A stretch of 64,000 nt of DNA from an uncultured Chloroflexia bacterium (GTDB lineage: Bacteria > Chloroflexota > Limnocylindria > Limnocylindrales > CSP1-4): the NCBI GenBank assembly GCA_963748625.1, contig CAVVJT010000010.1, positions 864,001 to 928,000 of the forward strand, in the 5' to 3' direction. The position numbers were made by a program, and so were the translations under genes. This document shows, one piece after another, positions 49,921 to 63,215 of this stretch (the stretch's first letter is position 1; each line of letters opens with the position of its first letter). Below the pieces are notes generated by a model. That model was not told the origin of the DNA. It ran no database searches and was given only the letters and a program-made list of their open reading frames with translations.

Positions 49921-51225
49921 TCAGCCGAGTCCCATCAGTGGCTCGTCGGCATCGTTGCTGCCGTCCTTGCGGACCTTGCGCTCGACCGTGCCGCCGGAGC
50001 GGACGTGCCGGGCACCGAAGTCCGACGACCTGACCTTCTCGCCCACCTTGACGTTCCGCCCGAGACGGGCGCCGCGCGGGATGACCGACTGCTTGCCGAT
50101 CACCGTGATCCCGGTGTTGAGCCGGCCGGGCTCCTGCTTGTTAGGGGTGTCGAAGTCCGGGCCGTCGCCCACGATCGCGCCCTGGCCGACAATGACCTCC
50201 TTGTCAAGGATCGCCCGGTCAACGACGGCACCCGAGCGGATGACCGAGTCGAACATGACGATCGAGTCCCGGACCACCGCCCCCACGTCCACGCGGACGC
50301 CCGGCGACAGGACGCTGTTCACCACGGTGCCGTTGATGACGCAGCCATGGGAGATCATCGAGCGGTGGACCTGCGCGGTCGGGCCGACCTTCGCGGGCGC
50401 GCGCTCCTCCGACCGCGTGTGGATCAGCCAGTCCTTGTCGTACAGGTCGAGCTCGGGGTTGTCGTCCAGGAGCGCCATGTTGGCCTCCCAGAACGACTGG
50501 ATCGTGCCCACGTCCTGCCAGTATCCGTCGAACCGGTAGCCGAAGACCCGGGCGCCGCCCTCCAGCATGGCCGGGATGACGTTGGCGCCGAAGTCGCGCC
50601 GGTCCTCGGACAGCCAGTGGATGAGCGCACGCTTGGAGAAGACGTAGACGCCCATCGACGCGAGGTCGCTCTTGGGCACCTTCGGCTTCTCCTGCCACTC
50701 GGTCACCCGGTCCTGCTCGTCGAGGGCGAGGACACCCATGCGGCTCGCCTCGGCGATCGGCACGCGCCTGACGGCGATGGTCACGTCCGCGCGCTTGCGC
50801 TTGTGGGCGGCGATGAACGGCTGGTAGTCCATCTTGTAGATGTGGTCGCCCGCAAGGATCAGGACGATGTCGCCGCCACGCTCGATCGCGTTGATGTTCT
50901 GGAGGACGGCGTCCGCCGTACCGCTGTACCACTCGGCGACCTTGCCACGCTTGACGTACGGCTGCAGCATCCGGACGCCGCCCTGGCTGCGGTCGAGGTC
51001 CCACGGGCGCCCGCGGCCGACGTGGTCGTTGAGGGAGCGCGGGTTGTACTGGGTCAGGATGGCGACGCTGTCGACGCCTGAGTTGACGCAGTTGGACAGC
51101 GTGAAGTCGATGATCCGGTACTTGCCGCCGAAGGGGACGGCAGGCTTCGCGCGAACCGACGACAGGATCGAGAGCCGCTCACCCTCGCCTCCCGCCAGGA
51201 TGACTGCCAGAACCGGCTTGACCAA
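49921..51225 (-). CDS. glgC: Glucose-1-phosphate adenylyltransferase
   Basis: [59 protein letters not shown]; hexapeptide C-terminus. Confidence 0.96.
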   Translation of the reverse strand: MVKPVLAVILAGGEGERLSILSSVRAKPAVPFGGKYRIIDFTLSNCVNSGVDSVAILTQYNPRSLNDHVGRGRPWDLDRSQGGVRMLQPYVKRGKVAEWYSGTADAVLQNINAIERGGDIVLILAGDHIYKMDYQPFIAAHKRKRADVTIAVRRVPIAEASRMGVLALDEQDRVTEWQEKPKVPKSDLASMGVYVFSKRALIHWLSEDRRDFGANVIPAMLEGGARVFGYRFDGYWQDVGTIQSFWEANMALLDDNPELDLYDKDWLIHTRSEERAPAKVGPTAQVHRSMISHGCVINGTVVNSVLSPGVRVDVGAVVRDSIVMFDSVIRSGAVVDRAILDKEVIVGQGAIVGDGPDFDTPNKQEPGRLNTGITVIGKQSVIPRGARLGRNVKVGEKVRSSDFGARHVRSGGTVERKVRKDGSNDADEPLMGLG

Positions 51226-51579
51226 GCGACCTTCCTCCGGTGCGGGTGCTCCCCGCTGGGGATGCTAGCACCGCCATGTGGCGCAAGGCCCACCGGTCCG
51301 CGGTTCGTGGGTCGAGTGCGCCCGGTCGACTCGATGACCAGCTTCCGGCCGGCGGCGCTTCGGTTGACTCGGTGACCGGCTTGCACCCGGCGGCGCCCCA
51401 GATATGGGGAGAATCGCGGAGCTCCACGCTGGGCTGCAGGCCCTGATTGTTGATCCGTCGGTCGAGCCACGTGGGCCGCGGCCCACTTCGCCCAATGGTT
51501 GGGTGATGGCCCCGGACCGGGCAGCGAGGACGTCCCGGCAGGCCGTCCGGAAACCGCGACCGAACCTTGGATCGGGACG

Positions 51580-52938
51580 CTACGTGAACAGGCGCGGGTT
51601 CACGAACTCGCCGCGGAACTGGATCATCCAGTGCAGGTGCGCGCCCGTGGAATGGCCGGTGTTGCCCTCGTGGCCGATGACCTCGCCCTTCCTCACGCTT
51701 CCCCCCGAGCCGGCCGGGCAGCCCGGCGTCATGTGGGCGTACCAGGAGGTCAGATTGGAGGAGTGGGCGATGATGACGATCCAGGCCGGGTCGGCGCCGT
51801 CGGCATAGTTCCAGCCGCAGTAGACGATGCGCCCGGCCCCGGACGCCCGGACCGGCGTGCCGTAGGCGTTGACGATGTCGATCCCGCTGTGGAAATGCGC
51901 GCAACTGCCTCGCGGCGGCTCCCAGGAGAAGCCGGTGCAGCCGTAGTCCTGGGTGATCGTGCCCGCCATCGGCCAGATGAGCGTCCCGTTGTACTGGGAC
52001 GGGATGTTGCCGTGGTTGGCCTGCGTCGCGACCAGCTTGTCGATCTTGCGCTGGAGGGCCCGCCTGGCGGCCGCGGTCGCCGCGAGCGCCCTGCGCAGCT
52101 TCGCCTTGTTCGCAGCGAGCTTCGCGTACCTGGCCTTCTGCTCGGCGAGGGCCTCCTTGGCCTGCTTCTCGAGCTTGCGCAGCCGCGCTGACTCGCGCTT
52201 GAGCTCCTCCATGCGGCGGTCCAGCCTCTGCTTCTGGACGGCCGTCTCCTGGCGGAGGGTGTTGGTCTCGGCGCGGGTTGCCTCGACCGTCTGGTGGAGC
52301 GCCAGGAGGGTCTCCCGGTCGAGGGCGATCTGGCGAGCGAGGAGCCGGTCCTGCTCCGCGGCATCGAGCTGGGAGCTCATCTGGGTGAGCATGTCCGTGA
52401 ACGAGGCTCCGGAGAGGAAGGTCTCCAGCAGCGAGGTGCGCTCGGCCTCGTAGGCATCACGCACACGCTGGGCCAGCTCGGCCTTGCGGGTGCGCAGCTC
52501 ATCGCGCTTGGCCGCCTCCTTGTCCTCGATGTTGCCGAGCTGGTGGTCCAGGTCCTGGAGGTTGTTGACGAGCGACTGGTAGGCGGCGCGGACCTTGTCG
52601 ATCTCGTCCGTGAGGACGTTCACGCGGCGCCGTGTGGCGGCGAGATCGGTCGTGATCCCGTCGAGCTCGGTCTTGGTGGCGTCGATCCGGCTCTCGAGGG
52701 TCGCCTGCGAGCCGTTGATGTTCGCAATCAGGGAGCGCTGCTGCCGGATCTTGGCCTCGAGCGCCTTGCGCTGGGCCTGGGCGTCGGCAAGCTCGTCGCC
52801 GTTCACGGGTCCCGGTGCGGCGACAGGCACGGCCAGCGCGGTCACCAGGAACGGGACCACGAGGATGGCCAGCAGGAGCCGGTGGCGATGTCCCCGGCGG
52901 ATCCGGGGAAAGGTCTGCGCTGCGGTGTGGCGGGTCAA
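51580..52938 (-). CDS. Coiled-coil M23 peptidase (EnvC/CwlO-like murein hydrolase or activator)
   Basis: Signal/TM segment, long coiled coil, HSGID, YAH, GNTGHSTGAHLHW. Confidence 0.9.
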   Translation of the reverse strand: MTRHTAAQTFPRIRRGHRHRLLLAILVVPFLVTALAVPVAAPGPVNGDELADAQAQRKALEAKIRQQRSLIANINGSQATLESRIDATKTELDGITTDLAATRRRVNVLTDEIDKVRAAYQSLVNNLQDLDHQLGNIEDKEAAKRDELRTRKAELAQRVRDAYEAERTSLLETFLSGASFTDMLTQMSSQLDAAEQDRLLARQIALDRETLLALHQTVEATRAETNTLRQETAVQKQRLDRRMEELKRESARLRKLEKQAKEALAEQKARYAKLAANKAKLRRALAATAAARRALQRKIDKLVATQANHGNIPSQYNGTLIWPMAGTITQDYGCTGFSWEPPRGSCAHFHSGIDIVNAYGTPVRASGAGRIVYCGWNYADGADPAWIVIIAHSSNLTSWYAHMTPGCPAGSGGSVRKGEVIGHEGNTGHSTGAHLHWMIQFRGEFVNPRLFT

Positions 52939-53220
52939 CGAGCAGGCGTCCTCATCTCAGGCGGCGTCGCTGCCGTCCCGGTTCCGTGCGGTCCGGGCGC
53001 GACCTCGACGACCACCGGACCTGGCGCCGCCCCGGAGGGCACTCCCGAGACGACCTGAACCGGCGTTCGGCCCGAGTCTACCAAGGGACGGGCAAACGGG
53101 CCTCGATGGCGTCCGTGCGCCGGCGGGCGCGAGTCCGGCGACATGCGAGCAGCACGGCTCGGTCGCGAGCGTGAGACATCCCGCGGGTCGCGGGCCGAGG
53201 GTGGAGGACCCGGACATGGA

Positions 53221-53256
53221 ACGGCCCGGGCCGCACGCGCTGGCGACCCGGGCCGT
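53221..53256 (-). terminator. Hairpin downstream of the betaine-binding-protein gene
   Basis: ACGGCCCGGG / CCCGGGCCGT 10-bp stem; no strong U-tract. Confidence 0.5.
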
Positions 53257-53279
53257 GAGCCCGTCAGATCAGCGACGGC

Positions 53280-54282
53280 TCAGGGGAGCCACGCCTTCCA
53301 GACGCTCTCGTTGGCGTCGAGCCACTTCTTCGCGGCCTCGTCGTTGCTCATCTTGTCGACGGCGATGTACGACGCGACCACGTTCTGGTCCTCGTTGGTC
53401 CAGTTGAAGTTCTTGATCAGGTCGAAGGCAGGCCCGCCACTCTCGGCGGAACTTGGTCGAGGCGATCTTGTTCAGGGTGTACGGCGGGTAGTCGCAGGCG
53501 ACCTTCTTGGGGTCGGCGTCGCAGCCCTCGGTGTACGGCGGCAGCGGCACGTTGACCATGTCGACCTGGGCGAAGAACCAGTTCGGGTCCCAGGAGTAGG
53601 CCAGGATCGGCTTGCCGGCCTTCGCGGCGGCCTCGATCGCCTTGTTGGAGGCGGCCTCGGAGCCGGAGTAGATGACCTTGAAGTCGAGGCCGAGGTTCTC
53701 GACCAGCGCCTCGTCGTTGGTGACGTAGGCCGGATCGCCGTCAAGCAGCTGGCCCTTGTCGCCCGACTCGGAGGTCTTGAACTGGTCGGCGAACTTGTTG
53801 AGGATCTTGGGATCCTTGTCGGCGGTCAGGATGTCCGGGTTGGCGTCGGCGAAGGCCTTGGTGGTGTACCAGCCGATCTTGCCCATGTTCCCGGTCGGGC
53901 CGAGGTCGATCGCGACCTTCTCGTCGGTGACGTACTTCTGGATCAGGTCGTCGTGGCCCCAGTTCTCCAGGATCACGTCAACCTCGCCGGTCGGGAAGCC
54001 CTCCCAGCTGACCTGCTCGCTGAGCGCCTTCACGACCGTCTTGCAGCCGAGCTCGTTGCGGAGCAGGTAGTCCACGACGGCCATGTTGGCCGTGTAGCCG
54101 ACCCACGGGTTGTCAGCGATGTTGACCGTGTAGTCGCAGACGGCAGCCGTGCCACCACCCGCGTCAGTGGGGGCAGCCGTCGCCGCTCCGGTACCGGTGC
54201 TGCCGCCGCAGGCGGCGAGAACGATGGACAGGGTCGCCGCGCCCGCGGCGAGCTTCCCGATGGTGCGGTGCTTGAGCGTCAA
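53280..54282 (-). CDS. proX: Glycine betaine/choline ABC substrate-binding lipoprotein (frameshift near 53448)
   Basis: Lipobox LAAC, NPWVG, VDVILENW, WDPNW; the C-terminus (KNFNWTNEDQ...VWKAWLP) is in the adjacent frame. Confidence 0.82.
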
Positions 54283-54376
54283 GCTTGTCTCCTCCTCCAA
54301 GGACCGACCGGGGTCTGCCCCGGCGGTTCGCGCATGATGGGGCCTCTCGCCGGTTCCTGCCGGACGGGCCCACGCC

Positions 54377-56316
54377 CTACTCCTGCGAGGCGCCCTCCTT
54401 GCGGGCGCCGGCGCCCTGCGTGATGCGGTCGAGCATGATGCCGAGGGCGACCATGGCGAGGGCCGCTGCCATGCCGCTCCCGAAGTTGGATCGCTGCGCG
54501 AGGCCCGCGACCACCTGGTAGCCGAGGCCGCCGCCGCCGACGAGCCCGCCGATCACGACCATCGCGAGGACCAGCACGATCCCCTGGTTGGTCGCGGTGA
54601 GCAGCGAGCGCCTGGCCATCGGCAGCTGGACCTTGCGGATCACCTGGAACGACGTCGAGCCCGACGAGGTCGCGGCCTCGATCGTCGTGGGCGACACGCC
54701 CCGCACGCCGTCCTCCACCAGGCGGATGACGGCCGGCGCGGCATACACGACCGCGGCCACGATCGCCGTGAACCGGGTCGAGCCGAAGAGCGCCACCGCC
54801 GGGATCAGGTAGACGAACGAGGGCATGGTCTGGGCGGCGTCGTTGATGGGACGCAGGATCCGGGACACCACCGACGACCGGGCGGCCCAGGTGCCCATGA
54901 CGATCCCGATGATCATGGTGAACGCCACCGCCACCAGGACCTGGGTGAGCGTCTCCATCGCGGGCTCCCAGACCTGGAGCAGGTACACCGACAGCGCGGC
55001 GATCGCCACGATGGCCATCGCCCGGCTCCCGGTGATGATCGCGGCAAGCCCGGCGGCGAGGAACACGATCAGCCACCAGGGTGAGAGCGTCAGGAACCAC
55101 TGGACCGGGTTGATGACCAGCACCGTGACGAGCTCCATGACCCCGCTGGTGAGGAACACCAGGTTGGTCTCGATCCACGCGACGATGGCGTTGATCGGCT
55201 CGGCGATGGAGATCGAGAGGGCCTCCGGGAAGATGTTGGCCGCCTCGATGGTGAGGCCCGCCACGATGCCGACGACGGCGACGGCCGCGCACACGGCGAG
55301 CACGGTGCGGCGGCTGAACCGCGAGGGCCGCGAGAAGCCGCGGGCGCGCCGGTCGGTGGAGGCGCTCGCGCTCGCCGAGAGCCGGTCGAGGATCATCGCG
55401 AGCAGCACGATCGCGATGCCCGCCGTGAACGACTCGCCCACGTCGAGCGTCTTGAGGCCCTTCATGACCGCCTCGCCCAGGCCGCCGGCCCCGACGAACG
55501 CGGCGATGACCACCATGGACAGCGCCATCATGATCGTCTGGTTGACGGCCAGGCCGATCGTGGACCGGGCCATCGGCAGCTGGACCTTGAACAGGATCTG
55601 GGCGCCCTTGGAGCCCAGGGACGTGGCCGCCTCCACGGTCTCGGGAGCGACACCGCGGATGCCCAGGGCCGTGAGGCGGATGGCGGGCGGGATCGAGTAG
55701 ATCAGCGTTGCGACGACGGCCGTCGCGTTCGCCGATGCCGAAGAAGATGACCAGCGGGATCAGGTACGCGAACGTCGGCATGATCTGCATCAGGTCGAGC
55801 ACCGGCGTGACCAGCCGCAGGACCCGGTCGGAGAGGCCGGCGAGGATCCCGAGCGGGATCCCCAGCAGCAGCGACACCACCACCGCGACGAGCACCTGGG
55901 ACAGCGTCAGCATGGTGGCGATCCCAGAGCCCGAACGCCCCGATCAGGAGGAACGCGAGCGCCAGGGCCAGGCCGGTGCGCAGGGTGACGCTGGCGACGC
56001 CCAGGGCGAGGGTCGCCGCGATCACGCCCGTCCAGCCCACGGCGAGCAGGACGCCGTCCACCATCTCGACGCCCCAGTTGAGCAGCGTCCCGCACCGGAA
56101 CGATCCAGGCGAAGTACCAGGCGTCGGCGTTGGCGTCGAGCCAGTCACGAACGCCGTTCAAGAAGGCGAACAGCGCCGCATCCGGGTCGTACGGCTGCAG
56201 GAACTGGCCCTGGAAGATGACGAAGAGGATGGCCGTGATGCCGAACAGGAGCGCGAACTGCCGCGACTGCGACAGGCGGACCCGGGGCTGGCGACGCGCG
56301 GCGACGGCTGCCGCGG

Positions 56317-56320
<4 letters not shown>
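54377..56320 (-). CDS. proW: Glycine betaine ABC permease with two ProW-type repeats (frameshifts near 55715, 55915 and 56090)
   Basis: [23 protein letters not shown]...[20 protein letters not shown]; second repeat [11 protein letters not shown]. Confidence 0.82.
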
Positions 56321-57409
<1,089 letters not shown>

Positions 57410-57564
57410 GCAGTGCTCCGTGGACGGCGAGGGTGCGAGTGGCGTGGACCACGGGCGGGCTCCTCCTCCCGGCCGGGTGGCCTGCGGCGGCCTGCGACCG
57501 CTCGCGAAGGCTGCAGTATGCCGATCCGCGGGTCTCCTGTGGTGGCGCGACCGTCAGCGTGTCG

Positions 57565-58307
57565 TCAGCGGGAACGGCGCTCGCCCAGGGCCACGATCTG
57601 GGTGCCCAGCTCGCCGTAGCCGGTGGCGGTGTGCTCGAACCGCAGACCGAGGCGCTCCGCGGCGCGCCGGGCCCGCTCCAGCAGGTCGGGGTCCTCGCGC
57701 TGGGACAGGTAGACCAGGCGCGTGTAGTTGCCGAAGTAGTCGGCCAGCAGGTGCGGGTGCCGGTCCAGCCCGAGCCCGCCGATCACGAGGGTCTCGAAGC
57801 TGCGGGCGAGGAAGTCCGTGAGGTAGAAGGTCCCGGGCTCCGCGTTGTGGATCGCGTCGAACGCCGGAAGGCCGGCGTAGAAGGCGTAGCAGTGGGCGCC
57901 CAGGCAGGCGGCCCACGCCGTGCTTCTCCAGCACGACGTCCAGGGCGCCGCGCCGTGCCACAGTCCGCGTAGGCGACGAACGTGCGCTCGTAGCCCGGGG
58001 CGAGGGCCGTCAACGCCTCGTCCACGGCGCCCGCGATCAGGTCGGGCTGGTTGTGCAGCGGCGCCGGCAGGCAGCGCACCTCGATCTCGTCGAGGCCGTT
58101 CGCGCGCACGACCGCCAGCAGCTCCTGCGCGAGCGCACCGCAGCCGAGGACCAGGGTCGTGGCACCCTCGCGCGGTGGCCGACGCCCGCCGGACAGCCCC
58201 GCAACGGGGGCGGACGTCCGGCGCATCGGGCGGCGAGGCCGGTTGGGGCGGTGCGAGCGGCTCGGGCGGCTGCTGGGGGGCGGCATCGGGTCCGTATGGT
58301 CGCGCAT
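57565..58307 (-). CDS. DUF1638-like protein (frameshifts near 57912 and 57955)
   Basis: LGCGALA, CLPAPLHNQP, YADCGT, GAHCY, PGTFYLTDFL, GLDRHP..L..YFGNY. Start is uncertain. Confidence 0.7.
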
Positions 58308-58511
58308 CGTCCCGCTGCGCGCCAGCGCCTGACGCCCACACCCCGGATCTGGGCGGAGCCGATGAAGGTTGCAGCGGCGCGCTGCAGGGCGCCGCTCCCC
58401 CCGATCGGCGCCGCGGCCGGCGACGTCTGGCGGCGGGTGATGACGCTGCGCGGCGCCGAGGTCACTACGGCATCCGTCCGGCGTAGGCATCCAGCGTCTG
58501 TGCCGGCCCGA

Positions 58512-58620
58512 CCGGCTCCCGTCCCCGGCTCCCGTCCCCGGTTCTCGGCTCCCGGCCCCCGGGCTCCGGCCCCGGCTCCCGTTCCTGGCTCCCCGTTCCC
58601 GGCTCCCGGCTCCGGCCCGG
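58512..58620. repeat. Degenerate short tandem repeat (6-8-bp CCGGCTC-type units)
   Basis: GGCTCCCGTCCCCGGCTCCCGTCCCCGGTTCTCGGCTCCC...; no A on the plus strand across the tract. Confidence 0.7.
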
Positions 58621-58855
58621 ATGCGCGACCAGCGTGCGTACGGGCGGGTGCCCTGCGGTTCCTGCGCGCCTGGCGCGCAGGATCGATGCTCCAGGACCCG
58701 TGAGGCGTGGACCTGCGCGCTGGGCGCGCAGGAGTGACGGGTCACGCTCCCGCAGGCACTCCCGGCGCGCACCGGCACGGGCGAGGGCCAGCGGCGGAGC
58801 GAGGAGCGGGAGCTGGGCGAGGGCCGGGAAATGCCTCCCCGTCCGCCCGCGGAGC

Positions 58856-60520
58856 TCAGGCCTGGTCGCGCCGGAAGAACGGCACCGGCTCAGGCGCAAG
58901 GGGCGTGGAGCCCAGCACGAGGTCGGCAGCCTTCTCGGCCAGCATCATCACCGGGGCGTAGATGTTGCCGTTCGTGACGTACGGCATCGAGGAGGCATCG
59001 ACCACCTTGAGTCCGTCCACGCCGTGCACCCCCATCGTCAGCGGGTCCAGCACGGACATGTCGTCCACGCCCATGCGCGCGGTGCACGACGGGTGCAGGG
59101 CCGTCTCGGCGTCCTTGGCCACCCAGTCCAGGATCTCCTGGTCCGTGGCAACCTTCGGCCCGGGCGACATCTCACCCGAGCTGAACGGCTCGAACGCCTT
59201 CTGGCCCAGGATGTTGCGGGCGACATGGATGGCCTCCACCCACTCGCGGCGGTCCTGCTCGGTGGACAGGTAGTTGAACCGCAGGGCCGGGTGGACGGTG
59301 GGATCGGTGGAGGTGATCTTCACGGTGCCGCGCGCGTCGGAGTACATCGGCCCGATGTGCACCTGGTAGCCATGGCCGCCCTGCGGCTTCGACCCGTCGT
59401 AGCGGATCGCGAGCGGCAGGAAGTGGAACATGAGGTTCGGGTACTTCTCGTCGGCGTTGGAGCGGGCGAACCCGCCACCCTCGAAGTGGTTGGTGGCACC
59501 TGGGCCCTTGCGCATGAACAGCCACTGGAAGCCGATCCACGGCGCACGCCACGGCTGGAGCGCCGGCTGCATCGAGACCGGCAGCTTGCAGCCGTTCTGG
59601 ACGTAGACCTCCAGGTGGTCCTGGAGGTGCTCGCCGACGCCCGGCACATGGGCCACGGGGTTGATCCCGAGTGCCTTGAGCTCGTCCGCGTTGCCCACGC
59701 CCGAGAGCTGGAGCAGCTGCGGTGAGTTGAAGGCCCCGCCTGCAAGGACCACGGTGCCACCGAACGCCCGCTCGACCGTGCCCTTGCCCTTGCGGGTCGT
59801 GTACTCGACGCCGACCGCGCGCGTCCCCTCGAACAGCACGCGGGTCACGAACGCGCGCGTCACCACCTTGAGGTTCCGCCGCCCCATCACCGGGTGCAGG
59901 TAGGCGCGCGACGCGGACAGCCGGCGCCCGTTGCGGATGTTGCGGTCGAACGGCGCGAAGCCCTCCTGGCGGTAGCCATTGACGTCGCTCGTCAGCTCGT
60001 AGCCTGCCTGGCGGGTCGCCTCGAAGAACGCCCCGAACAGCGGGTTCGTGGCAGGCCCGCGCTCCAGGCCCAGCGGGCCGGACTTGCCGCGGAACGGGTC
60101 ATCGAGGTCGGCGGCGAGGCAGTTCTCCATGCGCCGGAAGTACGGCAGGCAGTGGGCGTAGTCCCACGTGTCCATGCCCGGATCGGCCGCCCAGCGCTCG
60201 TAGTCGAGCGGGTTGCCGCGCTGGAAGATCATCCCGTTGATGGACGAGGAGCCGCCCAGGATCTTGCCGCGGGCATGGTAGATGCGGCGGCCGCCCATGA
60301 ACGGCTCGGGCTCCGACTCGTACTTCCAGTCGTAGTACTTGGACCCGATCGGATAGGTCAGCGCGGCCGGCATCTGGACGAAGGCGTCGAACCGGTAGTC
60401 CGGCCTGCCCGCCTCCAGCACCAGCACGCGGTTCTTCGGCGCCGCGCTCAGCCGGTTGGCGAGCACGCTGCCCGCGGAGCCACCGCCGACGATGATGAAG
60501 TCGTGCTGCATCTGTCCCAT
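58856..60520 (-). CDS. betA: Choline dehydrogenase (GMC oxidoreductase)
   Basis: [52 protein letters not shown]; next to a betaine transporter. Confidence 0.92.
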   Translation of the reverse strand: MGQMQHDFIIVGGGSAGSVLANRLSAAPKNRVLVLEAGRPDYRFDAFVQMPAALTYPIGSKYYDWKYESEPEPFMGGRRIYHARGKILGGSSSINGMIFQRGNPLDYERWAADPGMDTWDYAHCLPYFRRMENCLAADLDDPFRGKSGPLGLERGPATNPLFGAFFEATRQAGYELTSDVNGYRQEGFAPFDRNIRNGRRLSASRAYLHPVMGRRNLKVVTRAFVTRVLFEGTRAVGVEYTTRKGKGTVERAFGGTVVLAGGAFNSPQLLQLSGVGNADELKALGINPVAHVPGVGEHLQDHLEVYVQNGCKLPVSMQPALQPWRAPWIGFQWLFMRKGPGATNHFEGGGFARSNADEKYPNLMFHFLPLAIRYDGSKPQGGHGYQVHIGPMYSDARGTVKITSTDPTVHPALRFNYLSTEQDRREWVEAIHVARNILGQKAFEPFSSGEMSPGPKVATDQEILDWVAKDAETALHPSCTARMGVDDMSVLDPLTMGVHGVDGLKVVDASSMPYVTNGNIYAPVMMLAEKAADLVLGSTPLAPEPVPFFRRDQA

Positions 60521-60647
60521 GGCGCGGGATGCTAACAGCGCTGGTGGTGGCCCGGATGGGCCGGTCGGCACGTCGCAACACGTGACGCCGCGTGGCGCGC
60601 CGGCCCGCGGCAGCGCTAACCGGGCCCTGCGGCGGCCCGCGGCAGCG

Positions 60648-61427
60648 CTAGCCGGGGCCGAGAATCCCCCAGACGGCGCCCGCGATGAGGAACGGCCCGA
60701 AGGGCACGTAGGTCTTGAGCGTGATCCTGCGCAGCACCAGCAGCACCACGAGCACGACCCCCGCGAGCAGGATCCCCCAGACCACGCCGGACACCAGGCG
60801 GAAGGGTCCAGCCATGAGCCCCACTGAGACGAGCAGCTTGACGTCACCGCCGCCGAATGCGCCCTTGCCGAACGGGATCGAGATGAGGAGGAGCACGACG
60901 GGCACCGCCACTGCCAGGAGCAGCGCCAGCGGCAGGGCCGACGCCGGGACCAGCGGGTTGAGCCCGGCAAGCGAGAAGACGATGCGCCAGGGGGATCGCC
61001 GGCAGCGTGATCACGTCCGGCAGGAGGCGCTGGTCAAGGTCCGTGGCCAGGAGCAGCACGAGCGCCGCGATGTAGGCGCCGAAGCCCACCCAGGACGCCG
61101 GCTCCGGCGTATGGGCCGCCAGGACGGCGAACGACACGGCCCCGAACGCGGCGACGACCACCGTCCGCCAGTCCGGCCGGCGCGGGACCACCACCCCGTG
61201 CACCAGGTCCGCCACGATGCTCGTGCGGGTGGTCGTGCTGCCAGGCCTTGCCCTCGACAGGCTCGTCGCCTGCCGCGTGGTCGTGGACATGCTCCATGTC
61301 GGCCTCGTCCGCGTGATCGTGGACGTGCTCGTGGAGATGCTTGGGCCAGCGCGTGCTGATCCGGTCGCTCGCGATGCCCCACAGCGCCGCCGATGACGGC
61401 GAGCAGGATCACGAGCGGCGTCAGCAC
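60648..61427 (-). CDS. Prepilin peptidase (A24) with a His-rich loop (frameshifts near 60985, 61215 and 61380)
   Basis: [11 protein letters not shown] and GGGDVKL (both catalytic Asp residues), VPFGPFL. Confidence 0.78.
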
Positions 61428-61496
61428 GCGCCGACTCCGCGCTGGAGCTTGGCCTGGCGGGTTGGCGGATGGGTTGGCCCGGCCGGTCGATGCGGC

Positions 61497-63010
61497 TCAG
61501 CCCGCCGACGCGCCCTGCCAGGGCGATCTCGACGAGCGTGGCATGCGTCACGCCGGTCGCGCCCTTGGCGGCGTACGGGTAGGCCTTGCGGAAGTACGCG
61601 GTCCCACCGATGTCGAGATGGGCCCACGGCACCGTCCGGAACTGCTCCAGGAACAGCCCGCTCTTGACGAGGGATCCGTCCGCGGTTCCGGTGTTCTGGA
61701 AGTCCGCGTACCAGCTCTCCATCTCGGACATGTAGTCCTGCACCAGCGGGAAGCGCCAGTAGCGCTCGCCCGCCCGGTCGGCGGCCGCTTCAACATCGCC
61801 CCACCAGGGATCAGGGGTGGCGAACACGCCGGTGACAAGGTTGCCGATCGCCCGACCGACGGCGCCGGTGAGGGTCGCGACATCGACCATGTGCGTGGCG
61901 CCGAGCTGCTCCGCGTAGGTCATGGCGTCGCCGAGGATCAGGCGGCCCTCGGCGTCGGTGTTGATGATGTCCACCCACTTGCCGTTGAGCGCCTGCACGA
62001 TGTCGCCCGGGTGGGCGGCGTGGCCGCTGGGCATGTTCTCGACTGCGGGCGCGACGGCGAGGAGCGGCATGTCCGGTGCGAGGCGCTTCGCAGTGGCGAT
62101 GGCCGCGATCACGGTGCAGGCACCGATCTTGTCCATCTTCATCTCTTCCATCCGGTCGGCGGGCTTGATGCTGATGCCGCCCGAGTCGAAGCAGACGCCC
62201 TTGCCGATGAGGGCCAGGTGGCGTCCGGCCGCATCCTTGTCGCCGGCGCCGCCGTTGCGCAGCACGATCATGCGCGGGGGGTTGTTGGCAGCCCTTGCCG
62301 ACCGCGAGGAACATGCCCATGCCCATCTCGGCGGCACGCTTCTCGTCCACGACGTCGATCTCGAGGCCGTGTGCCTGTGCGATCGCGTCTGCCTCGTCGG
62401 CGAGGACCTGCGGCGTGATGTCGTTGGCGGAGCGGTTCGCCAGGCGGCGGGCGATGTTGGCGCCTTCGCCGATGATCTGGCCGCGCCCGGCGCCGGCAGT
62501 TGCGGCGGCCTCGGAGCCCGGGGCGACGATCAGGATGAGCTCATCGAGGGCGGGCGGCGCGGCGTCCGTGTCCGCGCGGTAGATCGTCTTGGGCTCGAAG
62601 GAGCCCTCGACCACACCGCGGGCGGCGAGCTCGGCGGCAAGGGCGACGTCGCCATCCAGGCCGTCCGCGAGGGGCGTGACCCACAGGGCCATCGTGTGGA
62701 CGTCGCGGGCGACGAGCCGGCGGATCGCGGTGGCCGCCACGCGTCGGGCAATCTCGCGGTCGAGCGTCGGCTCGGACCCCGAGGCGACGGCGAGCAACCG
62801 GCGGACCGGGATCGAGCCCGGGGCGCCGGTGGCGGTGTGGTAGCGCTTGGCGCGCAGCTCGCCGAAGGCCAGCAGCGAGGCAAGCTCGCCCCCGGCCTGG
62901 CGATCGAGCTCGCCGAGCTCGCCGACAACGTCGGGCTCGCCGACGATCGGCACGACGAGGACGTCTGCGGGGATCTCCCAGGGGTGGCCGGTGACCACAC
63001 GGATCTGCAC
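61497..63010 (-). CDS. pepA: Leucyl aminopeptidase (M17), frameshifts near 62290 and 61515
   Basis: GKGVCFDSGGISIK, MKMDK, ENMPSG, NTDAEGRLILGD, DVATLTGA, WAHLDI. Confidence 0.9.
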
Positions 63011-63137
63011 GAAGGACCTCCGAAGCTCGCGGCGGCCTGGCGGCCGCGAGGGGCACTAGCGGAACGGCTGGCGGCGAGTGTACCCCGGTCCAACCTCACG
63101 TCCGGCGCTCCGCGCGACGTTGGCAACGCGGTTCGAA

Positions 63138-63210
63138 CCCGGCTCCCCGGCCCTCTTCCGGCTTTCCGGCTGTCGGGCTCTCCGGCTCCCCGGCCCTGTT
63201 CCCGGCTCCT
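63138..63210. repeat. Degenerate CCGGCT-type tandem repeat
   Basis: CCCGGCTCCCCGGCCCTCTTCCGGCTTTCCGGCTGTCGGGCTCTCCGGCTCCCCGG...; same family as 58512-58620. Confidence 0.6.
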
Positions 63211-63215
63211 CGTGC

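Noticed and set aside
63126-63146. GGTTCGAACCC resembling a tRNA T-loop
   Set aside because: Only 3 bp of T-stem pair, and no acceptor, D or anticodon stems can be formed.
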